Shown one piece after another: positions 27,005 to 40,681 of a stretch of DNA of 64,000 bases. The position numbers were made by a program, and so were the translations under genes. The notes below the pieces were generated by a model. That model saw nothing but the letters and a program-made list of their open reading frames with translations. It was not told the origin of the DNA and made no database searches. How positions within the stretch are numbered: position 1 is the first letter of the stretch; each line of letters opens with the position of its first letter. Source of the stretch: Takakia lepidozioides (lineage: Eukaryota; Plantae; Bryophyta); contig CM060733.1 of the NCBI GenBank assembly GCA_030704615.1, positions 72,168,001-72,232,000 of the forward strand. Direction: 5' to 3'.

Positions 27005-29400
27005 GAGTAGTGTCCAGAACGATAGTTGGCACGATTCCAGCTTTCAATGGCAGCCTGGACCTCTCTGCCCTTTTCCAGGGCTGCCAGGCTCACACATGCC
27101 TTGAGAACACAAATGAAAGTGACCTGGTCGGGCTTCACCCCCTCTTGCATCATTTGCACATAGATATCCAAAGCCTCCAACCCACACCCATGCTCGGCAT
27201 ATCCTGCAGAGCACACATTTGCAGGATGGACACACATCTTCACATCGTACATTAAGAAAAGCCACACCTTGCGATTGCGGTTGTCCCACCATCGTGCGAG
27301 CTCCTGCCCATCTGCGATCGGCGTGTGAAACCCCTCCTGCCGTTCAAGAAGATCAACTTGTCATCTACAACGAAGGTGTGCACCCTGTTGCCAACCTCAA
27401 TGCAGCAGCGACCTGGCTCCTTTCTAATTAACCCCTCTGACCTTTGCATCCTCAATGCACCTCTTCCCCCATCATTTGCTCATAGGTCTCCAAGTCCTCC
27501 ATCCCACGCCCCTGCTGTCCTATCTTGCAAGCACGGCGTTCCATGACACCAAATCTCGTTCAGCCATATTGTTGAACACTCCCTCCGCATCCTCAATGCT
27601 CCCACATTTGGCATACATGTCCACGAGGGTATTGTCCAGAATCACATCTGGTACAAATCCAGCTTTGCCGATGCAACCATGCACCTCTTTGCCCTTTTCC
27701 AGGGCTGCCAGGCTTGCACATGCACTACAAACGCACACAAACATGATGTGGTCGGGCTTCACCCCTTCCCCCTTCATTTGCTCATAGGTCTCCAAAGCCT
27801 CCATCTTGCGCCCCTGTTGTGCATATCCTGCAATCATCGCACTCCACGACACCAAATCTCGTTCAGCCATACTGTCGAACACTCCCTTTGCATCCTCGAT
27901 GCACTCACATTTGACATACATGTCCAGCAGGGCAGTGTTCAGGATAACATCTGGTACAAATCCAGCTTCGACGATGTCACCATGGACCTCTTTGCCCCTT
28001 TCCAGGGCTGTCAGGCTTGCACACGCATTGCAAATGCAAACAAACGTTATGCGGTCGGGCTTCACCCCTTCCCCCATCATTTGCTCATAGGTCTCCGAAG
28101 CCTCCATCCCGTGCCCTTGCTGTGCATATCCTACAATCATCGCCCTCCACGAAACCACATCTCGTTCAGCCATACGGTCGAAAACTCCCTTTGCATCCTC
28201 GATGCACTCACATTTGACATACATGTCCAGCAGGGCAGTGTTCAGAATGACATCGGGTACAATTCCAGATGTGATGATGTCATCATGGACCACTTTGCAC
28301 CTTTCCAAAGCTGCCAAGCTTGCACACACATTGCAAATGCAAACAAACGTCATGTGGTCGGGCTTCACCCCTTCCTCCATCATTTGCTCATAGGTCTCTG
28401 AAGCCTCCATCCCGCGTCCTTGCTGTGCATATCTTGCAATCATCGCCCTCCACAACACCACATCTCATTCAGCCATACTGTCGAAAACTCCCTTCATACA
28501 TGCCCACGAGGGTATTGTTCAGAATGACACTTGGTACAATGTAGCTCTGACAATGTCGCCATGGACCTCTCCGCCCTTTTCCAGAGCTGCCAGGCTTGCA
28601 CACGCATCGCAAATGCACACAAACGTGATGTGGTCGGGCTTCACCCCTTCCCCCATCATTTGATCATAGGTCTCCGAGCCTCCATACCACGTCCTTGTTG
28701 TGCATACCTTACAAGCATCGTCTTCCATGACACCACATCTCATTCAGCCATAGTGTTGAAAACTCCCTTCGCATCCTTAATGCACCCACATTTGGCATAC
28801 ATGTGCACCGTGGCAGTGTTCAGAATGACATCTAGTACAATTCCAGCTTTGACGATGTCACCATGGACCTCTTTCCCCTATTCCAGAGCTCCCAGGCTTG
28901 CACACGCATTGCATACACAAACAAATGTGATGTGGTTGGGCTTCACCCCTTCGCGCAACATTTGCTCATAGGTCTCCAAAGCATTCCTACCACACCCATC
29001 CTTGGTAAATCTTGCCAACATTATATTCCACATGATCAAAAGATCGTTGAGGCATTCTGTTGAACACTGGGTGAGCATCCATGATGCTCCCGCACTTAAC
29101 ATACATGTTGACAAGGGTGTTGAGTAGAAAAACATTTGGCGTGCATCCACTTTGGATAATGTGAGTGTGCACCTGCTTTCCACCTTCCAGACCTTCCATC
29201 CTGATGCACTTAAGCAAGAAACAGACATGTGTATCTGAATCTGTAGAAATACCTCCTTGGTTTAAAGTCTGTAGAGCCTCTATCAGTCAGTCTGTCGCAC
29301 AAAGCATCTTCACATGCCCAGAAGTGCCAGAAGAGGCATTGTGGACTCCTCTCTTAATCCTCTTTCAAAAGTTGTGGTCATGGTTGAGGTGCCTGATTTT
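27005..29400 (-). pseudogene. PLS-PPR pseudogene with a displaced E+/PG-box fragment
   Basis: 313-aa open array at 27520-28461 (three near-identical PLS triplets); N-terminal part at 28987-29330; IRKEPGRCCIEVGNRVHTFVVDDK at ~27355-27435. Confidence 0.85.
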
Positions 29401-30199
29401 ATCAACTGTGCCGCTGCAGCTGCTGCCTTTAGTTAACCATCTGCCCATGCAGGTTTCTTGTAGCTATTGATCCACAAGGAATCATAGGTAATCTGGAGCT
29501 TGAAATCCGGCCCGCTTAGATGAATTTGGACCCACACTCTATCCCTACTCCTTCAGCTATCCATGCCTCTGCACAAATCATGCATACATCCTTGTTTTGC
29601 TGCTAGCAGCTGACCATGACAGCCTAGAATTGTTCCAGGAAACACCCCAACCCTACTTACCACACTAGTTCCTATGCTGACTTTCTTCCGCTTCCAACAG
29701 GCATTCACATTTTTGCCTCAATTGTTCCACCATTGACTGGGGTCGGAAATGTATTCATTCCAGAGCTTCTCCTCGTCTCTGTTATCTGTTTTTTGATACT
29801 TTCTTGTTGCCACATTGGAAGTAACATGTCAAAATCACTCCAAAACCACCATAGATCCACCAACGAGCTAACTTGCAAAATTCAACATTAGAATTTAGGG
29901 ACGACTCTGATAACAGGGAAAAACAGGGTGAAATGTGTTGAAGAAGGTGCCTTCATTAGCAGTGTCTTGTTCTATTAATCCTAAATTGCATCTGCCTCTT
30001 TGTAGTCCAACAAGCATTTACCTTTTTGTCTCCATTGTCCCACCATTCACTGGGGTCGGAAAAGTGTTCATTCCAAAGCTTCTCCTCATCTCTGTTATCT
30101 GTTTTTGGATACTTTCCTGCTGCCACATTGGCAGTAACTTGTTAAAGTCGCTCCAAACCACCACAGATCCACCCAACGAGCTAACTTACAAAATTCAAT

Positions 30200-30797
30200 A
30201 TGCATCTCAGGACCGAGTCTGATGAGAGGGCAAAACAGGCTGAAATAGGTCGAAGAAGAAGGTGCCCTCACCACATTGTCCTTGACCTTGTGTCATGATC
30301 CATGGAGGATATGACCGACCATCAACCCAAAAGGACCTCTTGTGTGTGCTGCTTGTGTGTGTAGTCAGGTCGGATTGGTCTGTGAGAACCACCACTGTGC
30401 ATCTGAGCAGGCAGAGATTGAAACACCCAAGCTGACTCTCCCAAGAACCTTGCAGTAAACATCAGGAAGAACACCAAATCATGGTACTAACAAATGCATC
30501 TCAGGGCCGAGTCTGATGAGAGGGCAAAACAGGCTGAAATAGGTCGAAGAAAAAGGTGCCCTCACCAGACTGTCCTTGACCTTGTGTCATGACTCATGGA
30601 GGATTTGACCGACCATCAACCCAAAAGGACCTCTTGTGTGTGCTGTTTGTGTATGTAGTCAGGTAATGTTGGATTGATCTGTGAGAACCACCACGGTGCA
30701 TCTGAGCAGGTAGAGATTGAACATGGCCTGCTAAGACCAAGCTGACTCTCCCAAGAACCTTGCAAACATCAGGAAGAATACCAAATCATGGTACTGA
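30200..30797. repeat. Tandem ~295-bp duplication of a segment also present at ~20400-20760 (inverted) and ~26580-27000
   Basis: atgcatctcagg...gagtctgatgagagggcaaaacaggctgaaataggtcgaag...accaaatcatggtact occurs twice. Confidence 0.8.
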
Positions 30798-31071
30798 CAG
30801 GAGCCAAGAGCCCACCTTTGCAGGATGGACAAACTTCTTCAAATTGTACATTAAGAAAAAGCGACACCCTTCCCCCATCATTTGCTTGATCCTTCATCTG
30901 CCAAGACAATCTCTTCAGCAAGTCTTCAGCTCAGCATGGATTTCCTCAATTCGTTGAGAGCTTGCAGCTTGCAAGGTGAACGATGGCGGAAAACGCAGAT
31001 CAAGAAGATCAAGATCCGGGCATTTCGGGCAATTCCGAAAACGTTGGCGCGGCAATTTCTATTGGCTTATT

Positions 31072-31243
31072 TTGGGCGGGCAGTCCGGGCAGATTGACGA
31101 AATTTGACGACGAAACGTGGCGACGAGATGTGGCGATGATGGCACCCTATTCCTGCTCTACGCTAAACTAGCTTCCGACCTTCGGTCGTCGCTAGAACTA
31201 GGGCTTCGCGTTGCTCCACACTACTAGCGACGACTTCTGAGAA
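31072..31243 (-). repeat. ~200-bp dispersed repeat, copy d (inverted)
   Basis: Reverse complement of copies a/b, extending to ...cgacgacttctgagaa. Confidence 0.85.
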
Positions 31244-31597
31244 GGATGTCCGGACGGATGGGTCACACTCGAGGATCATGAGAGAGAGTACGGATCCGTT
31301 TGGTGGGGGGAGGAGGGAGTTGGAGGGGTTTTCCATGGGTCATCTTGGTACAACAAGTAGATTTGGACTATGAAAATCAGTATTTTTTTATTATCCGTTG
31401 TGAGCATGCATTGGGACAAAATGTAGACTTTTTGAAGAGGAGAAGGAGGACGGTCTTTATAAAATATGGTGGCCCTTACATGGAACGTTTAGATGTGTCT
31501 AATTTAAGCTCTACCAACCTATGCCTTTGCTCCAGTCGTTGTTCGACTCTGTCTCCTCTCGTGCTTTGGCCAACAGTTTGACCCCTTTTAGTTGGAA

Positions 31598-32260
31598 TTA
31601 TGAAAGCCCGTGGTTCTTGTGATGGAAATTCATCCAATATCGGATATTACACTTGACTGCAACAAGATCCCCTGAACGTACGGATTCTCCATCCATTTTT
31701 TGGCCATTTTTGTTAAGGACTTCTATTGTATTGTACATCTCGTCGTCGTTTGTTTTTTGACGTTTGTTGTTACTGGACGTCGAGCCAGAGTTGTTTGCGT
31801 TAGTTTTTAGGAGCTTTTCGTGAAGCTCATGTTGTTTCCACCCATCCACGTCATGTCCTCGCCTCTCCTCCTCCAATGATTGGACCATTCCGTTATTGTA
31901 TTTGCATAGTCGAACAGGAAATGGCTGTCTTCTATCAATATTGTGAATTTTGCATCTTTTAGTTCTTTGGCGAAAGTCACGAATTTGTAATTCTCGGTTT
32001 TGCCAAGGTAGGGGAATTTTGCAATACCTACGAAGATTACTATTTCTTCACGGTCCGAAGGGACGTTCCACAAGGCGCTGTGGAAGTTTGTATTGTTGGG
32101 CAGGCGTTTCCATGAGTTCCCCATCTTTAGGGCATGATGGTCATTAGACGTGAAATTGTCGTATATCACGTTTGTCATGTCTTGGTGGGTTATTTCTTGG
32201 TGGGTATTTCTTGGTCCGTTACAGTGTCTATTGTGTCAGCCATTTCCGACGTTGACATGG
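31598..32260 (-). other. Frameshifted hypothetical ORF(s), unrecognised
   Basis: Overlapping ORFs 31807-32178 and 31598-31888 with protein-like composition, downstream of a CT-microsatellite leader. Confidence 0.25.
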
Positions 32261-32276
32261 TTGTTTGTATGTATGG

Positions 32277-32279
<3 letters not shown>

Positions 32280-32309
<30 letters not shown>
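32280..32309. repeat. (AG)n microsatellite
   Basis: About 15 AG units. Confidence 0.95.
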
Positions 32310-32312
<3 letters not shown>

Positions 32313-33424
32313 GGGCAGCTGAAAGTATATATCGGTGGGTTTTTGAGGAGAATTAAACCCTAAGAGTGCGACTTTAAAATTAATCACGGTAATCTATAGA
32401 ACTGTGGCTTTCTCTCTCAGACCGAGGTTGATGCTACACCGCTTTGCTAGGAAGTTAGGTGCAAAGTGCGATGTAACAGTATGTTATATTCCTCTGCTTC
32501 ACCTGCACTTCCAACAAGGTGTCACTGTTAAACCTTATGGCTATCTTTTCTTGCTTGTCTACTGTGTGTAAGTCGGTAATTCTTTGGCTACCCAAAGACT
32601 GGATCTCACAACTGGCTTGTTTTGCAACTGCCCTTGGCAAATGACCATCCTAATTGCAAAATCCAGTTCTAATATTATGTAGATATAGTCTGCTCTGCCC
32701 ACCACAGTCCAGTTTTCTTAATAGTAGACACCAGAGTCATAGAGCGATCATTTGAGAGACAGCGGAACGAGCTGCTAAAAGAGGTTGAGCAAGTGACGGA
32801 GACAGAGGATCTGCAGATAAGAGGATATGAACCACAGCTGGAGAGAGAGCAAGTAAGTGAGGCGGTATCTTATAATTAGCAAAGCAATACTGGTGCTTGC
32901 TGGAGGCTGGTCAAATCAGGACCACACATGGCATGGTGGAGAAGAGAAAGTAAGGAAAGTAGAGCAGGGAAAGAAACAGAAAGGTAAGCAGGGTGCAAGA
33001 CACATCAATTGAATGCAGATTGAACCAGGAGACAAAGACATTAGTGACATCAGCCATGCAAATCTCATTGTTGACAACCAACTCAAACTACTATTTTCTC
33101 GCAGTTTCTACCATTTTACTTGTGAAGGTATGAGCACTTTGAATGAAGCCAGTGTTAATTGTGACAGGCTGTGTACAAAAAACAACTTGGTGAGCATATC
33201 ATGAAAAGATTAAAATCCGGTGCAACGACAAATGAACTGAACACTGTAATATCCACCCACAAATATACGAACTCCAGAGATTGGAAGCACCCCTCCTCCC
33301 AGGATCTGTCAAATTCATTAGAGAGAGACTTGGAGAGGACATAAACAACAAGCACTTCTAAAACCATGTCCTACACATTTCACCAACAGTGTCTGCACTG
33401 ACACCAATTGAATAATTAATTGGT

Positions 33425-33560
33425 TAAATTAACAAGGTGATAGAGAGCCTCCCAATTCTCACCTTCTCAAGGTGGGCTCGCACAATCTATAGATAGAGAC
33501 TGGCAAATGGGGAAACCTGCGACGGAGAACCGCCTATGCCCAGCTTGCATAGGCGAGTTA
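33425..33560 (+). mobile_element. LINE (RTE/RTEX-like) 3' fragment
   Basis: Degenerate ...KVGSHNL*IETGKW...ENRLCPAC motif. Confidence 0.55.
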
Positions 33561-36500
33561 TCCTATGGAAGTAGAGGCAGTTCCAACTTGAAAGTCCCAA
33601 GCCAGATCGACCGGAGCAAAAAAGGTGACAGAGGCTAAGTAGTGCTTGTGAGCAAGCCCATCAAAGTATCATAGATTGTCTGCCCAGGCAAGCAACTCAT
33701 TGCTCTTCCAATACCCCCAATGAACCCCACAGCTAGCAACCCCAAGCTGACCACTGTTCCAAATCTTACAATCACAACTAAGATAATCCCAGGAGTGCCT
33801 CAATTCTCACAAACACGGTTAGAAACATGAGAAATAATAACATGTGCGTACATGTCAGTAACGTTGGCTCCAAACAAGTAACTCCAAGCCACAATTCACT
33901 GCTGCTGCTGCTCAGTCACCACCCCCCCACCCCCACCCACCACCACCACCTCCTCCACTAGCATTCCAGTTTGTCAGTTGTGGGGGTTGATTAAGGGAAG
34001 AAAACAGAATTGTGAGTCCAGTCACTACAGCACCACGGGACACACACAAGGCAAAGTTTCATCAGTATCTTGTCCATCAAGACACTCCCCAACTGTTGTG
34101 ACCACCATGTAGCTTGGCCACCATCATTCAGGCTACTGGACCTTGGAACAGCACCACCGGACACTGAAGCGATGGGGGCAAGGCTTGGACGTCCAAAGGG
34201 GTAACAATCCAACATGTCTTTCACTACTTCAGACCACGAAATAAAAGATAGTTAGAAATTTTGTGTACTAATGGTTCAGAATCTGTAACTTGCCCGACGT
34301 CGAAGACCTTACAGTTATCTGACGACTAGTTATGTTGTCAGGGAGTTCAAAACCACAAGGGAAGTACAGTAGCAGATTAACTGCATCCAATGTTGGCACA
34401 AGACAATTATCCTGTGAGCATTACCTGTCAGGAGCTGTTGGGCACACTGTGAAGTATTTAGTATGATCGTCTGTGAATGCCCCTCAATTCCTGGGGCTCC
34501 ACACGAGCTGATTTTCTCACTAAATCACTACCTACATGCATATATGACAGTCCGACAGGAGCCAAAGACCATTAAGTCCCACATTGGATCATATCTGCTC
34601 CAAGTAATGCACATTTTCCCAATGTGTGACAACTTGCAAGTGTTTGACCTCTGTTGGTAATGCTGATGGACTTCACTACCAATATATACTTCAGCCTTGC
34701 TCAACTTGCTAGGTTATTATAAGGTCTGCAATGAAATTCAGCCAAATCCGATTTCTTATAATAACGTTGCATCCATAACCACCAGCTACACCTCATGTTG
34801 TACTGCTCCATCTACAATCACGCTTCAGGGAATAGATTTTGACCTAAAAAACTAGCTTGACATCCAGCCATTACCATTCAAGAACAAGTTGGCATTTGAA
34901 GTGACCCCTGACAAAGGTCCCATTGCCCATGGTCCTACAACCCCACTACCCATCAAAAACCTTTGTCCCTCTCTCTCCTTCCAGTCCAATACATTTCCTT
35001 TCCAATTGTGTTCTTGAAGTAAACACCTGCTCAATCAGGTTGCGTACAACAATGGCTAGATCAGGAAGCCCATGGATGATGTGGCACTTTGAACACCCCC
35101 AGATATTGCTGTTGTGATGTGTAAACATGCTAGTATAGAGGTGGGTAGAGGGTCAGGGAAGCAGACACAGAAGTTGATTAGCATCCCTTTAGACACTCTT
35201 GAAAAGCTATGCACACTGATATCATGCAGCAGTTAGCCCTGATGGACCTAGTGGCAGATAGGGCATACCAGGGACCTGTAGGAAGACTGGTTGTCAGATT
35301 CTCTCTCCCCTTGTGGAGCTACACAATTGCAAGTGTATTTTATTTCAAAAGCTAATCCAACACCTTTCCACATAGGGCACATATAGATCTGGCACAGATA
35401 AGAAGTCCAGGGCACATCACCGCCCCACAGAAATGCTTGCATTGCTCAAGAACTCTTCCCTAAAATTTTACTAGGATAGATTTTACTAGGAACTCTTCAA
35501 GTTTCCCTGAACTTGTTGGTTAAGGGTCAAAAGTTCTGTTTGTTGTACATTTCAGGACCTTTTCTTGTTCACAGTTCTATGTCTTTCCTACCCAAAATCT
35601 TTTGAGCTGACTGAATCACCGTGAACCATAGTGCACGGAAGGTGTGTTTAAATGGATACATTAATCCGGCACTAGCTCCAGTACTTTCTTGAAGTGATCC
35701 TCTGGATTTAACAAGCTTGGATCTAACAGCATTTTCTCCTCAAAAATGAGTATTTCTGCATATGTTTGCCTGCAACAGTAGATGGAGTCTTCAGAGATTA
35801 GCCTCACACTAATTAGAAACCGAAATAGAGGGGCATGTATTTGTTTGAGAGATTAATAATCTACATAAATAGATGGTGGTGGAAACCAGCCATGCACATG
35901 TCATCTTCATCTCCTCTCCTGTGAAGATTGAGAGGGGCGACTAGAGAAAAGGAAGAAGGGTACAAACAGCAGGCGACAGAGGCACCAAATAAGAGGGCCA
36001 GATTACACTGTTTGAACGTCATACTTTTGGAATCTCGTAAAGCCTGTTTCTCTTCTCAAAATTCCCGGCCGTAATGCTGCAAATGCCAAAACAATGCTAA
36101 CTTATCAATTAGTAGAATTCACAGCATGGAACAAGCGAGAGTCTACACTGTGCCAACGCTAGACAATTAAGGGCAGAAGAACGAAACGCGACATTTAAAG
36201 TAACCCACCGGTACACTATCGTCATTCACCACAAACAGACAAGCTGAAACCTGATGGAGAGATGTCACATCACAAATCGACATGATCCCAAGAAGATGAG
36301 GTGGGCAACAACTTCATCCTCAATACAAAACATTTGCAATTTTCCTCACAACCCAATTCATGAGAGCGTTAAAACTCACAGAGGCGATGATGCGCAAGAA
36401 ATTTGATGATCATGCAGGGAAGATGCGGGCACAGATGTGAAGGAAGGAAGGCACAACAGACAACAGCCGCGCGCGTTGGGGAACTCCTACCCTTGCGTTC

Positions 36501-37424
36501 ACACTGCCATCTGGATTGCTTCATCCGCATAGAACCCTATCTTTGCATTTCAAATTTTCCTAACAGTTACATCTCTGCTTTTGAAGCTTCGTGGATCTGT
36601 TTAATTTTCTAGGGGCCCTCCTTGCGGAACCCACCAAATGGAGTGAGAAGAAACACCTACAATGATAAGGAACTTAAAGTAAGTTTTCTGGGTTTGTTGT
36701 AAGGTATTGACATTGTTGCATGGAATCCTCAAGTTACTATGCTATGCTTGTTGGTGACTGATCACTATTTGACCATAGTCGTTGGGTGCCCAGTCTAGTA
36801 AGATTGAAGGGCATAAAGTGCTCATGTGAAGTTGTTGTGAGTTGTTGCAAGAATTTCATTGTCTAGTGCCAGTGGCATACATTTAAAGAGTGTGGCCTTG
36901 TTCCTTGTAGATGGGTTTTTACATTTACCTCTTTTATGTTTCAAAGCTGTACGTATTTGTGGATACGGTAAGAAAGCATGAACCTGACCTACGTTATCTT
37001 GTTTTGAGAGCCAATTAGCCCAGTCAGGAGTTGGTAAATCTGGTCATGTTAGTTTATAGGATCTTATTTCATTCACAGAATGCGAATCAGGAAACCCCTC
37101 AAATACCCTACTTGCTCTTGTATCCTGTTAAATGATGACAAACAACCGTTGTCTGCACTCCCAACAGCCAAATATTAGAGGTCATCTCCACCACTCCCTC
37201 TTCTCTCTCATGCGCTGGATCAGCCTGAACTAGGCACGGGGTCTATGGCCACATGGCAAAAAATGTCTTATGAATACATATTCCTCTCACACTCTGCCTG
37301 TCTTAGTTCCGGTCACTACACGTAGCTGACTGTGCGATGACAGGCAATTGTATCATATCCGTTCTATCAAGAGATCTACATTCTGCCACATTCTCTTTAC
37401 CATGTGAACCACGGCCACAGTCAG

Positions 37425-38109
37425 ACCCATCTCAGATAGAGCCTGTATGTTGAATCCAAGCCCTTAAAACACACATTTCTGTCCTCGAGCAAGTGGCATA
37501 CTCAGGACAAGTCACAATATACTCTTTATGTTGTGTTTGAAGCCATCCAAGAAACAGACTAGCAACATTGGCTTATAACCTACAGCATGTCACTCTGATA
37601 GACAATCGCTACATGGTATGCATATGCTCGCTTGCAATAGTAGATGCCTGGTGAACATTAGCCTGTCTGTAGGCAATTCAAATCTGAAAGTCTACTGCTG
37701 AAGCCCAAATGTTCTCTGCCATCACTGGCAGGCCAGAGATATATTCAACGATGAGCTGAGTGTAAACTAGAGAACCTTGTCCAATAGAGCTCTTTATTCA
37801 CAATTACATGACAAAGGGCTATTGACAGACTCCTCATTTCATCCTAAGAAAGAAGACTATTTTGCTGCAGCCCACTGTGTCTTGAGCCTCTCACTGAGAG
37901 AAGGGAGACATGTGCATAGATGCAACCAGGGCAGTTCAGAAGGGTGCAAGGGAACATACAAGTGACATCTCTCATCCGCGCAATAACACAAGATGGGGCA
38001 CAGATTCCTTCCCCAGATCAGGAAACCCATCTCAGATAGAGCTTGTATTCATTGTATTGAATCCCAGCCCTTAAAACACACATTTATGTCCTCGAGCAAG
38101 TGGCATACT
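37425..38109. repeat. ~80-bp direct repeat (37425-37502 and 38025-38109)
   Basis: acccatctcagatagagc...cccttaaaacacacattt(c/a)tgtcctcgagcaagtggcatact occurs twice. Confidence 0.75.
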
Positions 38110-39028
38110 TTGGCAACTCTGGGATTTGCTTCAAAACTTGAAGACTGTGTTTAATATCCAATTAGTACATTCCTCTACACAGAGAATTGACTATCATTTT
38201 TCATCATTGTCTCATCCCTGCCCCAAACTCTCTGAACATGTTAAGGTCGTGAACTTCAATATAATGAGGATCGGAATAACCTGCCCTAAAGTTTGGGGAG
38301 AAAAGTGCACCCCATTCTTTTCACTACTAGTCTTTGGAGGTGTCACACCGTCGTCAGCTCCTGACGCAGCTGCTTCTTCCTTCAGTGCTGCCCTTGGGAA
38401 TTGAATGGTGTCTTTTGCGTTATCCCACCCATGTCTGCTCTTCACTACATCTCTCACACTGCAAGTATGATTGTTACGTCAGTCTGATTGATTGTAACAT
38501 GACAGAACGGCACAATGTTACGCTTTGGCTTTATAAGGGATATTCACTCCCTGTCTCTTACACACCCAAAAAATCTGAAGTGCCGTGACAGTTGATGTGA
38601 AGTAGAGACACACACCGTGCTTTCTTACATCTGAATCCATCATTGAGTTCGCATTAGATGTATCCTTGATATTTTTCATGTATTTTCTTCGAGTGGACTA
38701 AGAAATGCAGTTACTAACGATTCGACCTTTGTACATGTACTGTTGATTTAAGAAGCAACTGGAAGAGGCTATTGGCTCAGTGACCTTTTGGCAAGAGTGA
38801 GAGAGAGTGCCTTGCTTGTCCATACCCTGATTCCATGAGGCGATGCAGAAGTTGGAGCGACAATTTGCACACCAAAACCTGAAGCCTGCAGCTCTGGGGT
38901 CGAAGCCTTTCGCTAGTCCCGCAAATCAATCTTTCTCTCCCGCGCGTTCACTTCTCTCTCTCTCCAGGTGCGTTGACTACTCCCCCTCCCCACCGATTTA
39001 CTTCTCTCTCTCTTTCCCTGCCTGTTCA

Positions 39029-39570
39029 CTACTCTCTACGAACAAATCTTGTTGGATGATAACGGATGGTTGTGTGACCAGCATTTGGCGGCCGGGATGC
39101 AAATACTATTTGATCATGAACTGGAAACACAAAACTACCAGCAACATGCGTAGTCGACTTTACTGGGCAGAACGAAATACACCAAGAAATGTCTGCAGCA
39201 CGTGTTCGTGAACAACAACCATTGGTTTTTAACCATGATAAACCCGAACGGAACGAATCATCAATGTATGGTGTTTGATTCCAGCATGCCCGCGGATAAG
39301 AAGCTACTGAGCGAAATAGAACAACATCTAAAAAAGTTAATCCCAGTTCCACAATTCAATTATTTCTATGCTGATGTCATGCAACAAAGTGACAGTTCAT
39401 CCTGTGGCGTATTTGCGATAACTTATGCCACGGATATAGCATTCGGATTAGATCCCGCAGATTCCCAATACGCAACATCTGCCATGAGAACCCACTTGAG
39501 AGATTGCATAAACGATCGAAGAATTGATCCATTTCCAAAACAACATTCACAATACGAAGACCCGATATGA
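39029..39570 (+). pseudogene. Ulp1/SENP (C48)-like protease domain, transposon-associated, one frameshift
   Basis: GWLCDQHLAAGMQIL in the upstream frame, then NNNHW (His), VFDS (Asp) and QQSDSSSCGVFAI (Gln, Cys): the full catalytic set. Confidence 0.8.
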
Positions 39571-39961
39571 CGTGACATTTGTTCTTATCATTCCACCTCA
39601 GTGTCTTGGTGCTTTGGAGGGTTTGAATTTCTCGATTTTCTGGGTGGATTTTCTTTTTTTGGGCTGGGGGTATTCAATGTAAATGTTAATAGCACTTCCA
39701 AATATCACTTCAATTTCGTGATAAGCACGTTTCAATTCACTAAAACTTCATAATAATATTGATTCTGATTTTTGTCTCTCGTCTATATTTTGAATAGTTG
39801 AAAATGTAGATATATTATTAAATTACTATTACCCATATTCCCTCGCCCTCATTTTTAAAGTGACCTTGAACTGAAGGGAGTGTATATAATAACTTTAGTC
39901 CAGACACCAGTGGATCATTGGCGGGTTACCACTACTGTGCCGCCTAAACAAACTACACATA

Positions 39962-40340
39962 CCGTACTTACCTAGCTTATTAGGCAATAATTAATTTAAA
40001 ATAATTGCGTAATTAAATTTAGAACATTTTTGGAAAATGTGCCTAAAACTTGGAAAATTTTCCTGAGAAGTGCCTAATAGCCCGAAAATTCTGAAAAATA
40101 CCAAAATTTCCAAATATGTGGAAACAATGCATAAATTATATTATTTAAAATCCAAAAATAGAAAAAAATTAAAAAAAAAACATACCATTTAAAATTTCAT
40201 GTCCACACAACATCCAAAGGGCCTAATATTTGGAAATAACCTAGGCGAGGTGCCTAAATAATAAAAATGGATCTGCCTAAAAGTATTCTATTTTATTAAT
40301 TATTATTGGTGGAAGTGCCTAATAAGCTAGGTAAGTACGG
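39962..40340. mobile_element. Tc1/mariner-type MITE (379 bp)
   Basis: Perfect 25-bp TIRs ccgtacttacctagcttattaggca / tgcctaataagctaggtaagtacgg, TA on both sides, AT-rich non-coding interior. Confidence 0.92.
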
Positions 40341-40492
40341 TAGTTTTTGGCTGTGTGAGGGATCTGATCATATCTAGGGATTTAATTTTAGTTGAAACGA
40401 AAAAGAGGGAATATCGGAGTTCCCGGTCGGAGTTCCTATACGAGTCATCCGCCATGAGAACAATAACAATAACTTCTCTAACTCCTTCAACT

Positions 40493-40680
40493 TGTCGTGC
40501 GCATACATATCGCTACACAACTACATCGCTGTCCAAAACCACACAACACATGTGCACACCACACACTAGTATACCACTAGTCTACCACTAGTCCAGCCAC
40601 TAGTCCAACCACTAGGCTACAACTAGTCAGTCACTAGGCTGCCACTACGCTGCCCACTATGGCAGTCACTAGTCCACACA
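40493..40680 (-). repeat. Terminal repeat A, outer copy (188 bp; 3' end of the element)
   Basis: Identical by eye to 41011-41198; rich in ccactag(t/g) sub-repeats. Confidence 0.95.
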
Positions 40681-40681
40681 A

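Noticed and set aside
9142-28971. Many antisense ORFs over PPR arrays (e.g. 10578-11462, 27679-28401, 24163-24675)
   Set aside because: They are shadow frames of the repetitive PPR coding strand.
32400-38900. Possible exons of a minus-strand host gene (e.g. ~32505-32650, ~35660-35770, ~38280-38460)
   Set aside because: Splice-like boundaries exist, but I could not assemble or recognise a protein.
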